Shown here piece after piece: positions 15,291-30,420 of a DNA stretch of 64,000 nucleotides (positions are counted from its first letter, which is position 1; each line of letters opens with the position of its first letter). Origin of the DNA: the human T2T-CHM13v2.0 reference genome, Homo sapiens. The stretch lies in the NCBI RefSeq assembly GCF_009914755.1, contig NC_060933.1; one strand, 5' to 3'. Under the pieces are notes generated by a model. That model had not been told where the DNA came from, made no database searches, and worked only from the letters and a program-made list of their open reading frames with translations. The translations under genes and the position numbers were made by a program.

Positions 15291-16261
15291 ATGAACAAAA
15301 ATTGTTTGTATTATTATCATCTTCTAATGACCTGCTGGGTTATAAAATAACTCACAGACAGTGAAAGGGAGAGATAACCATGATGGGTGAGCCTCTTACA
15401 AAATTTTCCACACATTCCTATGCTTGGAAATATAATGTTCTCATTTTATAACATTCTATTACCATACCCTAAAAAAAAACCCAGCATAATTTTCTCCCTC
15501 CCCTTGACCCCATAACTGATCATCTCTGATGTTTGTTATATCCATATCAATATTTTAGGGTTGCTACTCTTCAAGAAAACATGCTAAAATATTCAGATAA
15601 CAACAATATTGGTAATAATATAAAAATAACTACCATTTGTTCTGGCAGCTACTACATGCTGATTGCCAATGACATCAATTAATAAATGTTTTTATCTTAT
15701 CTCATTTGATTGTCATGGCAATCTTACAACATATGGGCAATTATTATGCCAGTTTGACAAATATAAAAACAGGCATCAATATAGCAATTAATTTGCCCAA
15801 AACTATCCATCTAATATTCAGCAAAATGAGATCCTGTTTTACTTTTTTGTAATACTTACATGAAGAAAATCATGGAGAACATATTTAGCAGCCATGTACT
15901 TGAATTTGCCCATCTAAAATAAGGGGAAAACATAAAAATATAATATTATTAACGCTACAAGGGATTCAAGGACTTCAGGAAGGAAAATATTACATCAACC
16001 TGTGTCCCTCAGAGTTGTCTCTGAAGTCTCATTATGAAGTGAATGATTTTTAATCAATTTCCTTCATTGGAGTTCCATGGAGAGATTGTTCTGGAAGAAA
16101 GGGGTAGTGGTGTAGTCACTGTTTATAGAAAAGGAAATTTTTGCTTTAAACATTGTTTATTGCAAAAGGAAAAATTTTTGATAAAATCATGGCCTCTGAA
16201 ATTGTATATAGCTAGAACTCTGCTGAGTGATTTAACAGATATGCTATTATAGACATGTTAT

Positions 16262-16400
16262 TTAAGCTGCCTGAACTTCCTCATCTTAAAATAGAAAAAG
16301 TACCATTATCTACCACAAAAGGCACTGTGGATTAAATAATATAACGTGGGTAAAAAATTTAGCATTGCGCTTTGCATACAGCATTCAATAAATAGAAATG
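16262..16400 (+). mobile_element. MIR fragment
   Basis: ttcctcatcttaaaatag...ctaccacaaaaggcactgtggattaaataatataacgtg...attcaataaat. Further MIR fragments lie at ~11660, 15630, 25430, 26100, 26820, 36580, 59500 and 60900. Confidence 0.6.
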
Positions 16401-17047
16401 GATATTAATTATTATCATTATTATTATTAGACACCATGCTTTCAAATTCAACATACTCTTTTAATGTTACTTTATATGTTAAAATAATTATTTTGCCTGA
16501 AAAAAAATTAAGTAATAGACATTTTAGAGTGAATGTTTATAAACCACCCTACCCCTACCCTCTCTTTGGAGATTCTCTTACATGCCCTCAGGGAACTGTG
16601 TTTTTTTCAACTGACAACATGGGACTCGTTCTCCAATGTTCATTTTATTTTGGTGTTCCATTATAAGGCAGGCTATTCACCAGTTCTCTGACATAAGCAT
16701 ATAGACAGGAATGGGGCACAGTTTAATTGATACCACAGTAAGAACAATCCATAGCCTTTTGTTTGGATGAACAACCTGAGACAACTATGTCTTTGATTTG
16801 GAAACAATTACTTTAAATTTGCTTAAGTCAAATATCTCACTTTGAAAAGTTTACCATTCAAAAAGCATTGTTAATATAACCCATTTCAGCCACTCATTCT
16901 ATTTTGTTTCAGATTTGTTATTGAACAGTGAGAAGGACAGAAGTGGAAGGATGAGGCCCCTCTCTTCCAGGGACTAACCGTCTAGTGTCCTGCATTCACA
17001 TGGACACTCTTTGTGCAAGATATAGAGTATTAACAATAGAGATCAAA

Positions 17048-17390
17048 TCCAGAGGTTACAAACTGGTAGCCTAAAGGGCCTGCAGATATGTGCGTATTTG
17101 ACTTGAACTCTGTTGTCTCACCCCCGGTTCAAAAAATTAGTAATTAATTTCCCAAATTAAATAAAAAATATATTTAACATTTCACAAGAAATTCAGAAAA
17201 TTCTGGTGTTTCCCTTACCTGGGCCTTAACTCCCTAGGTAGTAATCATCAGCTGTATGTAAGCAGTAGCTGTCCTGTGTAAAACACTCTAGGGCTCTCTA
17301 CTTCACCCTGCCCAGCTTAAAACACAGTTTTATCGTAACTACCTTGTCCCTGTGTGCATCTGAGCCCATGACCTCTGAAATAGTGATCTT
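17048..17390. mobile_element. MER102-like hAT-Charlie element
   Basis: ccagaggttacaaactggtagcc...gggcctgcagatatgtg...atttcacaagaaattcagaaaattctgg...agcagtagctgtcc. Confidence 0.5.
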
Positions 17391-17549
17391 TGACAAAACT
17401 ACAATATGTATAGAGCAAGAGATTATTGATTTCAACAAGAAAGACATCTGGGGAGATGACAAACTAACAAGTGAGTGCTTACTATGTTTTACAAACTTTA
17501 TATATATTTTCTCTATTAATTCTTGCAACTATTGCCTAAAATAGGTAGC

Positions 17550-17933
17550 TTTATTGCTCCATTCTCACACTGCTATGAAGAAATACTCAAGACTGGGTAA
17601 TATATAAAGGAAAGAGGTTTAATTGACTCACAGTTCCACATTGCTGGGGAGGCTGCAGGAAACTTACAATCATGACAATCATGGTAGAAAGCAAAGGAGA
17701 AGCAGGCACCTTCTTCACAGGGCTGCAGGATGAAGTGAGTGCAAGTAGGGGAAATGCTAGATGCTTATAAGCCCATCAGATCTTGTGAGACTCACTCATT
17801 ATCACAACAGCATGGGAGAAACCATCCCCATGATCCAATTACCTCCATTTGGTCCTGCCCTTGACACTTGGGGATTATGGGGATTACAATTCGAGGTGGG
17901 AGTTGGGTGGGGACACAGAACCAAACCATATTG
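17550..17933 (-). mobile_element. THE1D-like MaLR solo LTR
   Basis: ccattctcacactgctatgaagaaatac...gaggtttaattgactcacagttccac...ggacacagaaccaaaccata; TSD gtagc / gcagc. Confidence 0.9.
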
Positions 17934-19094
17934 GCAGCACTGTAGCTCTTCTATATTTGAGGAAAATGAAGCTCAGAGATATTTAGATATGACCTAATTG
18001 GCAGAGCTAAGATGTAATTTAAATATAGCAGAGATGAAACAACCCAACAAAATTTGTTTTGTAAACAGACATATTTCTTTTTAGTTTACATTGGTCAGGA
18101 CAGAATAAGCTTATGTGGTGGTAATAAACTTGGATATATATCAATAACTCAATAGCTCAACAAATAGCAGTGGCTCCAGCATTCACCAGGACAGTTCCCT
18201 TACAAGAAGTGACCAGTGATATCAGCAGGATCTGTCTTGAGGCTTCATCATTGCAACAGGAGTTCTCCACAATCACTGTTGCAAGCAAAAGAGGGAAAGT
18301 GAACATCATGCATGGGCTTTCACTGTTTCAACCTAGGTATGTCACTTCTGTTCACAGTTCATTGTCAAAAATTTGTGGGAACTCCCTATCCATAAGCAAA
18401 AAGGCTAAGAAGTCTTCCCCATACCTGTGGCTAAGAGGGGAAAATGAGCACCAGTAGTGTCTACCATGATGATCTTGGGCAAATTACATGAAATATTTGT
18501 TTTCCTTTCCTTATTGGCATAACAAACAAACAAACCAAACAAAAAAACACATAAAACCTGATACCTTTCTCACAGCATTTTGGCAGTGGTTAAGACAATG
18601 ACTATGAGGAATGATTTCAAATGACCAATAAATTAACCTCTTTGGGTTGCTATATCTGATAAAGACAGTGTGGAGGCATAGGCATAGTGCTTTTTTAGAA
18701 CTGAGCCAGGTAACTGAGCCATAGCCTCAGTTCCCATGCTGATAATTATGTAACTGCAGACAAGTCTCTAAGGTTTCATCTAAAAAATTGGAAGATTGAA
18801 CTATAGGATCTCTAGGCTTCCCTCTGCTCCACAATAGTCTATATCTGCCATGAGTTTCTTACAGCAACTACCAGGTCTGTCGATCAGCACCTCACTTGCT
18901 TGTCCCTTGATCCAGCAGTTCTTTTGTTGGGAGAAATCTTGAGAAATGTGTTTTCATTTCAGGATTCCATCATGACCAATGCCCAGCACTGTGGCAGATG
19001 AAGAGTAAAGGTTTCCGTAAATGAATAACTACTCTAGGCCAGGACAATTGTAAATATAGTGTTAGAATCTGGACCATAAAACACACTTTGAAAG

Positions 19095-19511
19095 TGATAT
19101 GGTTTGGATGCATGTCCCTTACAAATCTCATGTTGAAATGTAATCCCCAGTGTTGGAGGTGGAGCATGGTGGGAGGTGTTTGGATCATGGTGGTAGATCC
19201 CTCATGAATGGCTTGGTGCCCTGCCCGTGGTAATAAGTGAATTGTTACTCTTTTAGTTCACAAGAGATCTGCTTGTTAAAGGGGACTAGTGCCTCTCCCC
19301 TCTCTCTTGCTCCCTCTCTTGCCATGTGATACACCGGTTCCCCTTTTGCCTTCTGTCATGATTTTGTACTTCCTGAGGCCTCACCAGAAGCAGATGCTGG
19401 CACTATGCTTCTTCTACAGCCTACAGAACCATGAGCCAAATAAGCCTTTTCTCTTTATAAACTATCTAGTCTTCGGTATTCCTTTATAGCAATGCAAAAT
19501 TGACTAACACA
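19095..19511 (+). mobile_element. MST (MSTA/MSTB) MaLR solo LTR
   Basis: TG...CA termini (tgatatggtttgg ... gactaacaca); perfect 5-bp TSD GAAAG at 19090-19094 and 19512-19516. Confidence 0.92.
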
Positions 19512-20125
19512 GAAAGTATTCAATTTTGTAAAGGATTCAATGATTTTCAATGAAAAGAACTTCATCCTGGGATTCTGGAGACCTAGATTCTAGTTCTGAG
19601 TCTAACAATAGCCTGCTATGTATGGAATATCAAATTTTTATCCCTTCTCTTGGCCTCTGTTTCTTATCTGTAAATGTAATAACTAAAGAATGCATGGGTT
19701 TTATCTCTAGTCAAATCCAAAATATTGATGGTAAAAAAACATTAGTGGTCATGTTAGAAGGATTGAGAGCAAGTCTAGGATCAGCAAAAACATATAGCAT
19801 GATTGATTAGACATGCTCTTTATGTGCGCAGAAAATGACAACGGTAATATATACAAAAGTTATGTATTCACTGTTTTTGGACTAGATAAACGTTGAGGCA
19901 ACTGCTAACATTTTATCATGCTATGAATGAGCAAAATCCCTCTTAGAGAGAGGGTCCCTTAGACCTAGAATATCAGAAAGCAAATACTAACCGGCCAATT
20001 TCCAAGCCAAAATCTAAGAGCAAGCCAGAAATAAATAATAAGGTCCTGAGACCCAAAGAGAAACATTTGCTAGGCTATGTGGAAGACCTGGCGGTAGAGG
20101 GTTAAGAGTTTCGAGCCTGAGCAGT

Positions 20126-20158
20126 CTGTAGTGTATGTCAGCCAAAAGGGGGCAGTAG
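20126..20158 (+). promoter_or_regulatory. Candidate CTCF binding site (core + upstream motif)
   Basis: CAGCCAAAAGGGGGCAGTAG matches core CCASYAGRKGGCRS at 20142-20155 with 2 mismatches; TGTAG (TGCAG-like upstream motif) lies 10 nt 5' of the core. Confidence 0.55.
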
Positions 20159-20229
20159 AGGCCAGGCTCAGCAAAGTGGATCAGATGAACTAAGCAGGCC
20201 CCTCTGCTGCTGCTCTCTGCTGTAGATGC

Positions 20230-20830
20230 CAGCTTCCAGGTGACCACAGAGGGGAAATGCCTGATGCTTAAATGACAAAGCAGAAGTGGTTTTAGCCAAG
20301 GTGCACTTGTACCATGTGGAGAGGAAACTATGACTTTTCATTTGCTTTTAAACCATTCCCCCCTCACCATCTTGAACTTTCTGACCTGAACCAGCAAATT
20401 CACCCTAAGCGAGAACAGCAAATTGCACATCACTTGCTGACCTGGGAGGGCTGGACCAGAGCACCTGGCTATTTTCATGCAACCCCTGCCAGTGTTTATT
20501 TCTGCCTCTTGGAGTAAGGCTTGTTAGGAAGGAAAATTAACTCATCAGCTACTATTAGCAGGGCCTAAGGACTGCCAGGTTTTTCTGGGAAATGGCAAAC
20601 CTCTCACTGCCCTTCCCAGAAAGGCCTTCCTCCTGCCAGGAGGCTGTTTAATCAGAACCACAAACAATCGTGAATAAAGGGAAGGTAGTCATATTAAGCA
20701 GCACCTGTCCTGTAGGGAACGCAATGATTGCAGAGGAAAAACACAGAGTGAAGCCTGCTTGCATCTCCCTGGGGTGTAGAGACTGACTTCCTCCCACAGC
20801 GTGAGTATAAGCTGCTCTCTGTTTTCCCGA
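20230..20830. promoter_or_regulatory. Candidate enhancer (STAT x2, RUNX x2, ETS/PU.1, E-boxes, FOX)
   Basis: Non-repetitive, locally GC-richer stretch with TTCTGGGAA 20583-20591, TTCCCAGAA 20613-20621, TGACCACA 20241-20248, AACCACA 20656-20662 and ACTTCCTC 20786-20793. Confidence 0.4.
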
Positions 20831-20989
20831 TGACCTCTCTCTGATGCTAATCTTGATCCTGTTGCCCACCCGTTTAGTGGTGATATATTCAGCCTACATT
20901 ACATAATTATGGTTATATATAGTTATTTGCAATACAGCCTACATTTATTTTAGCGATGAGTATTAAACGTCTTCTCCTCCCATCATACC

Positions 20990-21300
20990 ACTCCCTCCAA
21001 GGCTACATTGGTAACCTTCTAATTGATTTTTCTGTTTCAATTCTTACCTCTTTCAATCCATGCACTACAAAAACAGCCAGCGTGATTTTTGAAAAACAAG
21101 CTTGTGTTACTAACTCTCTTGGAAATTTTGTATAGTTTCCCATAGCATTTAAAATAAGTTTTCAACTTCTCACCATGACCTACCAGGTCCTACTTGACCT
21201 GTAACCTACCCGCTCTTCCACTCCATCTCATGACACTATTCCCCATACACATTTGCCCCATCTTTCTTTTAAATCTTAGAAAATATGAGATGTCATATTG
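20990..21300 (+). mobile_element. L2 fragment
   Basis: ctacattggtaaccttctaattgat...caatccat...cagccagcgtgatttt...cccatagcatttaaaataa...ctcaccatgacctaccagg. Another + strand L2 stretch lies at ~38150-38850. Confidence 0.6.
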
Positions 21301-21974
21301 ACTGACTGTACATGCAGAAGCAGAAATGTTCTTTCATGTATTTCTTTTTAAGAGCAATATTGTATTTTTCCAGAAGCCCCTCCAACAGTTATTTTCTTAT
21401 GGTCTTCTTGGCTAAAACTAAGTAAAAGGCCACATGTAAACCAATCACTATTAAGAGAAATGGAACCATACTGACTTAGATTCATTGTGATTCAATCCCC
21501 ATGGTGACAATGAGTATAGCATTTTCTGAAGCACATTTAAGAATCTTAAAGTAAGGGAATGGCTGTTACATATGAAACCAATAATATCTCTGCAATTAAA
21601 AAAAATAGGATTTAGCCAGGACATAGAACTTAATGAAGGTAATTGTACACATAAAGACTAGTTTGTGAAAAAGCACAGGTATTGGGAAATGTCAAGTCTA
21701 ATTAGAGTATTTAAAATATCCCATTTAACTAGAATGTAGGGTGTGATAGGAAAGACAAGTAGATGATTGGAAATATCAGTTGGAAAATAATTATAGAGTC
21801 TCTGATGTCAAGCAATCATTTTTGAATGAATTAGAAAACTTTGGAAAATAAGTGACCAATTTGAAGTTTTAAATATTTTATATATCAAAAGCCTGACTCC
21901 CCAATAATTGAACTCCTTAAAGACATGTACAATCTCTTCTCCTAAAATAATAATTTTGCAGAAACTTTCATACA

Positions 21975-23950
<1,976 letters not shown>

Positions 23951-23964
23951 TCATGATTATATTA

Positions 23965-24370
23965 TGTCATCCACCTAGAACCTGTGAAGATGGCCTTATT
24001 TAGAGAAAAGGGTTTTCACAGATACAATTCAGCTCAAGGACGTGAGATGAGACTGTGCAAGCCTAAAATTAAATAACAGGAGAAAAAGCAGAGGGTGATT
24101 TGAGATATGGAGACACAGGAAGAGAAGAAAGCCATGTAGAAATGAGAGTAAAGATGAGAGTGATGTCTACATGCCAAGGAATGCCAGGGTTTGCCAGTAG
24201 CCACCAACAGCTAGAAAAGATTCTCCCTCAGAGCTTCCAGAAGGAACCAATGCTTCTGATACCTTTCTTTCAGACTTATGCCCTCCAGAACTATGGGAGA
24301 ATAAGTTTCTGTTTTTGTAAACCGTAAAGTGTGTGGTAATTTGTTAGAGCAGTTCTAGGAATTTAATATA
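23965..24370 (+). mobile_element. MLT1C-like MaLR solo LTR
   Basis: gaacctgtgaagatggccttattt...gccaaggaatgcc...gattctccctcagagcttccagaaggaaccaa...ctccagaactatgggagaataagtttctgttt. Confidence 0.8.
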
Positions 24371-26244
24371 AATGATTTGATAATCAAAAGACAATGAGTA
24401 TCACCATCAGTATAGATCAACATATTAGTAACTGGTGAATCCTGTAGTAATTACTTTATGTTTAGATGGTGATCAATATTTTTAGAATCTGCAAATCACT
24501 ATGAATTCTTTACCTGTAAAAGTACACATGTCCAATACATTCACAGCCTTATATACAATTATGAGGTTGGGAACCTGTTAAGCCCAACCATGAACATAGA
24601 ACACATATCTAAAACTACTCTCATTCTCACCTTCAATGATACATGATCTGAAACAAGAAAGACGAGTGAGGTTTTTATAGACACAAAAGAGAAGGCCTGG
24701 AGACATGGTATTGAGGACTACGAAAATAGAAACATTGTGTTAGGTAGACACTAAATATTTGGAAGACTTTGAATCATGTGCCAAAGAATGTGGAGTTTGT
24801 CTTTTAATTACTAGGGATCCATCAAAACTTTTATCTAAGAGAATCATAATAGGAGCTTGATATATGTGCAAATGAACAAAGCCAATTACATTTAGGAAGT
24901 CCAATCAACACCTTGAAAAGAATAGATTATCTTTCACAACAAAATTATAATGCATGAACTATGTGATCTAAGCTGCAGCATATAATTCACTAATATTCCA
25001 GCAACAAAGATGTCCAGGGAGCATACTTGGGGACATATGGAGCGTTATGAATTGCAGTCTTTCTTTGCAACTCCAAATAGACTATTATATATTTTCAAAT
25101 TGCTTATTTCAAAGCAGAGTTAGTTTCTCCCATACGTACCAATTCATATAACAGCAACCTACAGAACAGCCCTCTGTGGCAAACATTATTAGATATTAAA
25201 AAGAGAAAAAGAAAAAAATAAATGAAGTCATTGGAGGAAAGGGGTCTTTTCCTGTCTCTTGGGCTAGATGTCAATTCTCCAGGATTTCTTTCTCCTCTTT
25301 ACAAGATAAAAATGTGACATAGCTGAGGACCCCCTGTAGAGAGAGAATAAAACATGAGATAGTATGTTTGGCCTAGGAAAGTGAGTAATGTGGAAAATTC
25401 TAGCAGACATATGTAGTGTGAAGGAGATCATGAATTAGAAAAGACTTGAATTTCAGAATCCGGGATCTGGAAGTTATTTACTGTATACTCTTAGCCAAGT
25501 GATTTAAAATATCTGGGCCTTACTCTCTCTATCTTTAAAATGGAGAGAATACTCACCTCACAGAGAGTAATTAAATGACATAATATATCTGATTCTCTAG
25601 ACAAAGATTGTTTGCTCAGAAAATATTGAATCCTTTTCATTGATGCAGAGAATGAAAGTAGAGAAGAAAATTAGGGACACGTGAAACACAATTCTTTCAA
25701 TGTATGGCCTGTCCATATATATATGTCACATATTCCTGTGCTCAGGTGACTTCTTATATTTTAAGATATATGCAGTCCACAAGGCCTTCACTGATCACAC
25801 TCACACTAAACTGGAAGCAAACGGAACACAATTCAAATTCCTATGGCCACTATTTTTCAATAAAATCATTTTGCATACTTGAGCTCCAGTTTCCTTATGT
25901 AAAGAGGGGGCAAAATAGCAACCCTAAAGCATACTTTGAGGACAAAAAATAGTTTAATCTTACTCAAGCTCATCATAAAACACCCCTCTCCTTAGCTGTT
26001 AGAATTAAAAGTATGTGATACTTCAACTTTTTCTTTATATTTTCAGTGTTCTTTGTACATCTGAATTTTTTTCAGCTATTACAGTAGTTACTATTTCCAA
26101 TTTGAATGGTTATTGTGTGTTCAACTGGGAAAATGATTTATTTATTATATGATGAAGGAGATGCAGTCATTATCTGCAATTTTCAAATGAGGAAAATGAG
26201 ATTTGAAGATAAGAAGTGACTTTCCAAAATTTTACAAATAATAA

Positions 26245-26627
<383 letters not shown>

Positions 26628-28516
26628 TGAATTCTTTAAGTTTATGTTCACTATCTATGACCCTGAGGGACATACAATGTGCATCTTTCATTGATACCCT
26701 TTAGTAGTAGATCATGTCACCCCATGAGGAAAGCTGGAGGACACACGGGTCAATACATAGCTTGGTCCTACTGTGCAGTAGTGGAAATAGTTGTAAAAGT
26801 TGGAATCAGAAGATTTGGGTTTGAGTTCTGGTTCTGACCTTAAACAAGTGACTCACCCACACTGAGCCCCTGTGAAATGTTGATGGTACCACCACACAGA
26901 GCTTTGCTATTCTGATCTATAACAGAGGGATAGTGATGGTGCCTACCTAAAAGGCTCATCCTAAGGATCAAATAACATCATTGAAATCTTGGTGGTGTGC
27001 CTGATGGTGGGGAGTGCTTAATAAATAAGTCTCAACTAGTGTTATAATTCTGAATCACACTCTGACTATAACAGACTGGCAGAGTATTGGGTTTTATGTC
27101 TTCTGCTGTGTTTCAATGGGTTGGTAATATTTGTGTTATCTAGAGATTTGCAGAGGAAAAGGAGATCAACACATGTAGGCCTGAATAAATTCAGCTCGTA
27201 GAAAGAAACAAAAATACTGTCCTTATCAGAGATGGAGCTAGCTCCATAACATATTTTTAGAGTGGAGGAAGCTGAGTCATGTGGGGAAGTGTGTGTGGCT
27301 TAATGGTGTTGATGACAGAGGACTTCATGGTGAGTGAAACAATAACATGGAATCAGAAACCTTTGGCCCAGATTTTGTTTCTGGTGCTAATCCCAGGGTG
27401 CTCACCCTTGGGAAAGCCACTTTACCTCTTTGAGCTCTGTTCTTTTATGAGTAAAATGTAGTCATCAAGACTAATTTTATAGAACTTCTGTAAGGATAGA
27501 TTAGAAGATAGTTAATGCAGAACATAGCACATCTTGGTAATTTAAGAAATATTTCTTGGGAGTCTGCTTTCAATCTTTTACTTGTATTTAAGCAGAATAC
27601 CTTTTCAAGTGAACCGTTACCCTGAATAAAACAATTGTCACAGAGCTGCTCTGGTAGAAGGAAGGTGGAAGTCAGGAAGCCCTAAGGTTAGAAATACCCT
27701 GGCCAGCACTCCCCTGGGATTGCTCTTTAGTGTGAAACCGGTCTGGGTTTCACACTCATGTTCTCTAGATATTAGGCTCTAATTAGTAAGTCTTGTGACA
27801 CATTTCTGAAAATCAGACAGTAGGCTCATAGAATAATAGAATTTTCAATTTGAGCAGTACTTTCAAGATAATGTTATCTAAGCTTCCTCCATAGCTTTCA
27901 TTTATCTGTGTTCATTCAATTACTTATTCAACAAATACAGGATGCCTGTTCTGTGAAAAGCATAGGAGGAGGGAAAACCAGAGAAAGAAGCATTTGCTGT
28001 TTCTCTGTCTGCTGTTTTTTTATTCTTTTCCAAGGGAAGAAAATGGAAATCCTTCAGATTGCAAGAAACATACAGGGCCCTATTTACAGCTGGACAGAGT
28101 TACTGTGTATTAAATTGCTGTGCTCTTTTTCATACTTATATCTTACATTGCTCTCAAATTCTGTGCTATTGGTCTAATAAAAAGGACAAAAAATATATAT
28201 CTTGGGAAGACCTATACAAGCAAGTTGTATCCACTTTTAATAAAACCGAATAAGCAAACTGATCATCACTTGGGTTTCTGTATTGTAAATCCAATCACAG
28301 TAAGATTTCAAGATCCAAGAATAGCTTACAATGAGATAGAATTATGTATATTTCAACTGGAATCTATAGGAATCCCATGTTGGAATGAAAATGGCATGAA
28401 TACTTGCTTTAAAAATATTATCTTATTCTCATTTGATATTAATTTTGGTTTGTATAATTCTCAGGATGAAAACTATTTGAATTTTTAAAAGTCAGGTATT
28501 TCTGTATTCTCTTACC

Positions 28517-28715
28517 CAGAGGCTTTCAATTTGAGGGGCAGCAGTGACATTTGTCAATGTGTACTGATATTTCTGGTGGTCACAACTGGAGAGGGAGTGC
28601 TGCTGGCATCTAATGGGTAGACAGCCATGATCTGCCTGTGATTCATAGGACATGTTCCCAAAATAAGAGAAACATATAGTTCAAAATGCCCATAATGTCA
28701 TCAGTTAACATTGCA
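28517..28715. mobile_element. MER20 hAT MITE
   Basis: gacatttgtcaatgtgtactgatatttctggtggtcacaactgg...tgctgctggcatctaatgggtaga...caaaatgcccataatg. Confidence 0.7.
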
Positions 28716-28784
28716 ATCTCAATGATATCTCTAACAGATGTCATGGGCCCAACTAACCAAGCATTTGTAGTCTATGCCAGTCTA

Positions 28785-28968
28785 AATTCTGCAAGTGTGT
28801 TCCCAAAAACAGCAATCTTGGCTTTCACTTGGAACTCATTAGAAGTCCAAATTCTTAGTCCCCACTGCAGACCTACAGAATGAGGAACTCTGGAACCTGA
28901 ACCACGAATCTGTGTTTTAATAAGCTGTCCATGTGATTCTATATGTGCTCAAATTTGAGAACCACTGT
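28785..28968. mobile_element. MER5A hAT MITE
   Basis: cacttggaactcattagaagt...aattctt...cagacctacagaatgagg...aatctgtgttttaataagc...gtgattct...tttgagaaccactg. Confidence 0.8.
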
Positions 28969-29919
28969 TCTAGGCTCTGGTGGGAGACATGAAAACACAC
29001 TAATTACTCCAAAATTAGGTGAGATAAACACCTAAAAGAAATGTAGAGAGCCCAGGAGTGACTGATGTTTCAAAGAGAAGATTGCTTTTGAGCAGAGCTT
29101 TAGACATGGGTAGTATGTTGCCTAATTGGAATGGGATGATGGAGTAAATATCATGAACAAAGGCAAAAGATGGTATAAATTATGAGAGGTTTTCAAGGCA
29201 TTCTAAATTCAAGGAATGTGTACATCAAGAGGAGTAGTGGCAATTCAATGGAAAAAAAAACTGGGGTCAGACAGGTTATGCATGTAAAAAATTCTAAGCC
29301 AAAGACTTTGCCAATCCAAGTTAGTATTAGGATAATGTATCTAGCAGCAAGGATGATACTCTTACAAATCAAGACAGTGTGATAATGATGGGCAAAAGAA
29401 ATGGTATGCAATAGGGGGAAGAATCTAAGTATGAAGTTAAAATCTTTATGGAATAAATATTGTAGTAATAATATTCAATATTTTCATTTCTTTGAATTAA
29501 CCAGTGCACTAAGATTCACAAAACTTTCTTGAGGAAAGAGTGACATTTTTCATATAAGCAAGGCACACATGTACATGATCATATAGTCATACACATACAG
29601 CTACAGTAGAAACCACAGCCAACTGTCACTGACTAAGCAGTCCTAAAGAGGTATCTCAAGCATCACTTCTCTGAAGGAGTTAGAAGTCAGTCCTAAAGCA
29701 ATAATATACAGCCAGAAATCCAAGTTTCAAGAAGAAGAGAGCAAGGACAAGTGGGCCAGTACAAATGAGGAGGTAGCAATAGACCCTGCACATTAAATGC
29801 TTCCTTCAGTGTGCAGGAAAAGAGCATCTGTCATGCTCATCCTCAACTTGAACCCACTGTTTCCCATTTCAAATCCATTCTACTCCTGAGGTCATTATTT
29901 GGGTTGAATCTCATTTTAG

Positions 29920-30420
29920 AGATGACTACCTCCAGGAAAGATTGTTTCATTTTATAAAAGTTACAATCATAAGAAAGGTTGTTCTTATATCAAACTAAAA
30001 TTTCCCAGCTAACATGTCTGCTTGTATTCTATAGTAGCGATCTGCGTCTACATGGAACAAGCTTCTTTTTTATGTATCTGTCTTTGATTATTTAAGGTTG
30101 TCTTTCAAGTTCCCTTGGATTTATTTAATTTTTTCTATATCAGCAGAATATCTACCTTCTTTAATATTTCTAATTTTTCACAATATTCTACTTTCTTTAC
30201 CACTTTGGTTGTTTTCCTTTGGATATGGCTTAGTTCAATTAGGTAGCTCTAAAAAATAGGTAAAATTAAATCTAAAAATTAGCTGTAAAATTAGGTTGCT
30301 CTAAAGAGGCTCCTTTAATTGAACCCAATATTCCAGATAGAATACTGACAGTACGGAAAATGCTGCAATTATGGGCTCCTGTTATCCTGACACTATTTAT
30401 ATTAATGAACTCAGGCTAGG
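29920..30420 (-). mobile_element. CR1/L3 LINE fragment
   Basis: agaaaggttgttcttatatcaaactaaaat...tatttaag...ttggttgttttcctttgga...attgaacccaatattccagat resembles the antisense L3 3' region. Confidence 0.55.

Noticed and set aside
30240-30305. Degenerate local repeats (aggtagctctaaa / aggttgctctaaa) within the CR1/L3 fragment
   Set aside because: Looks like ordinary slippage in AT-rich sequence.
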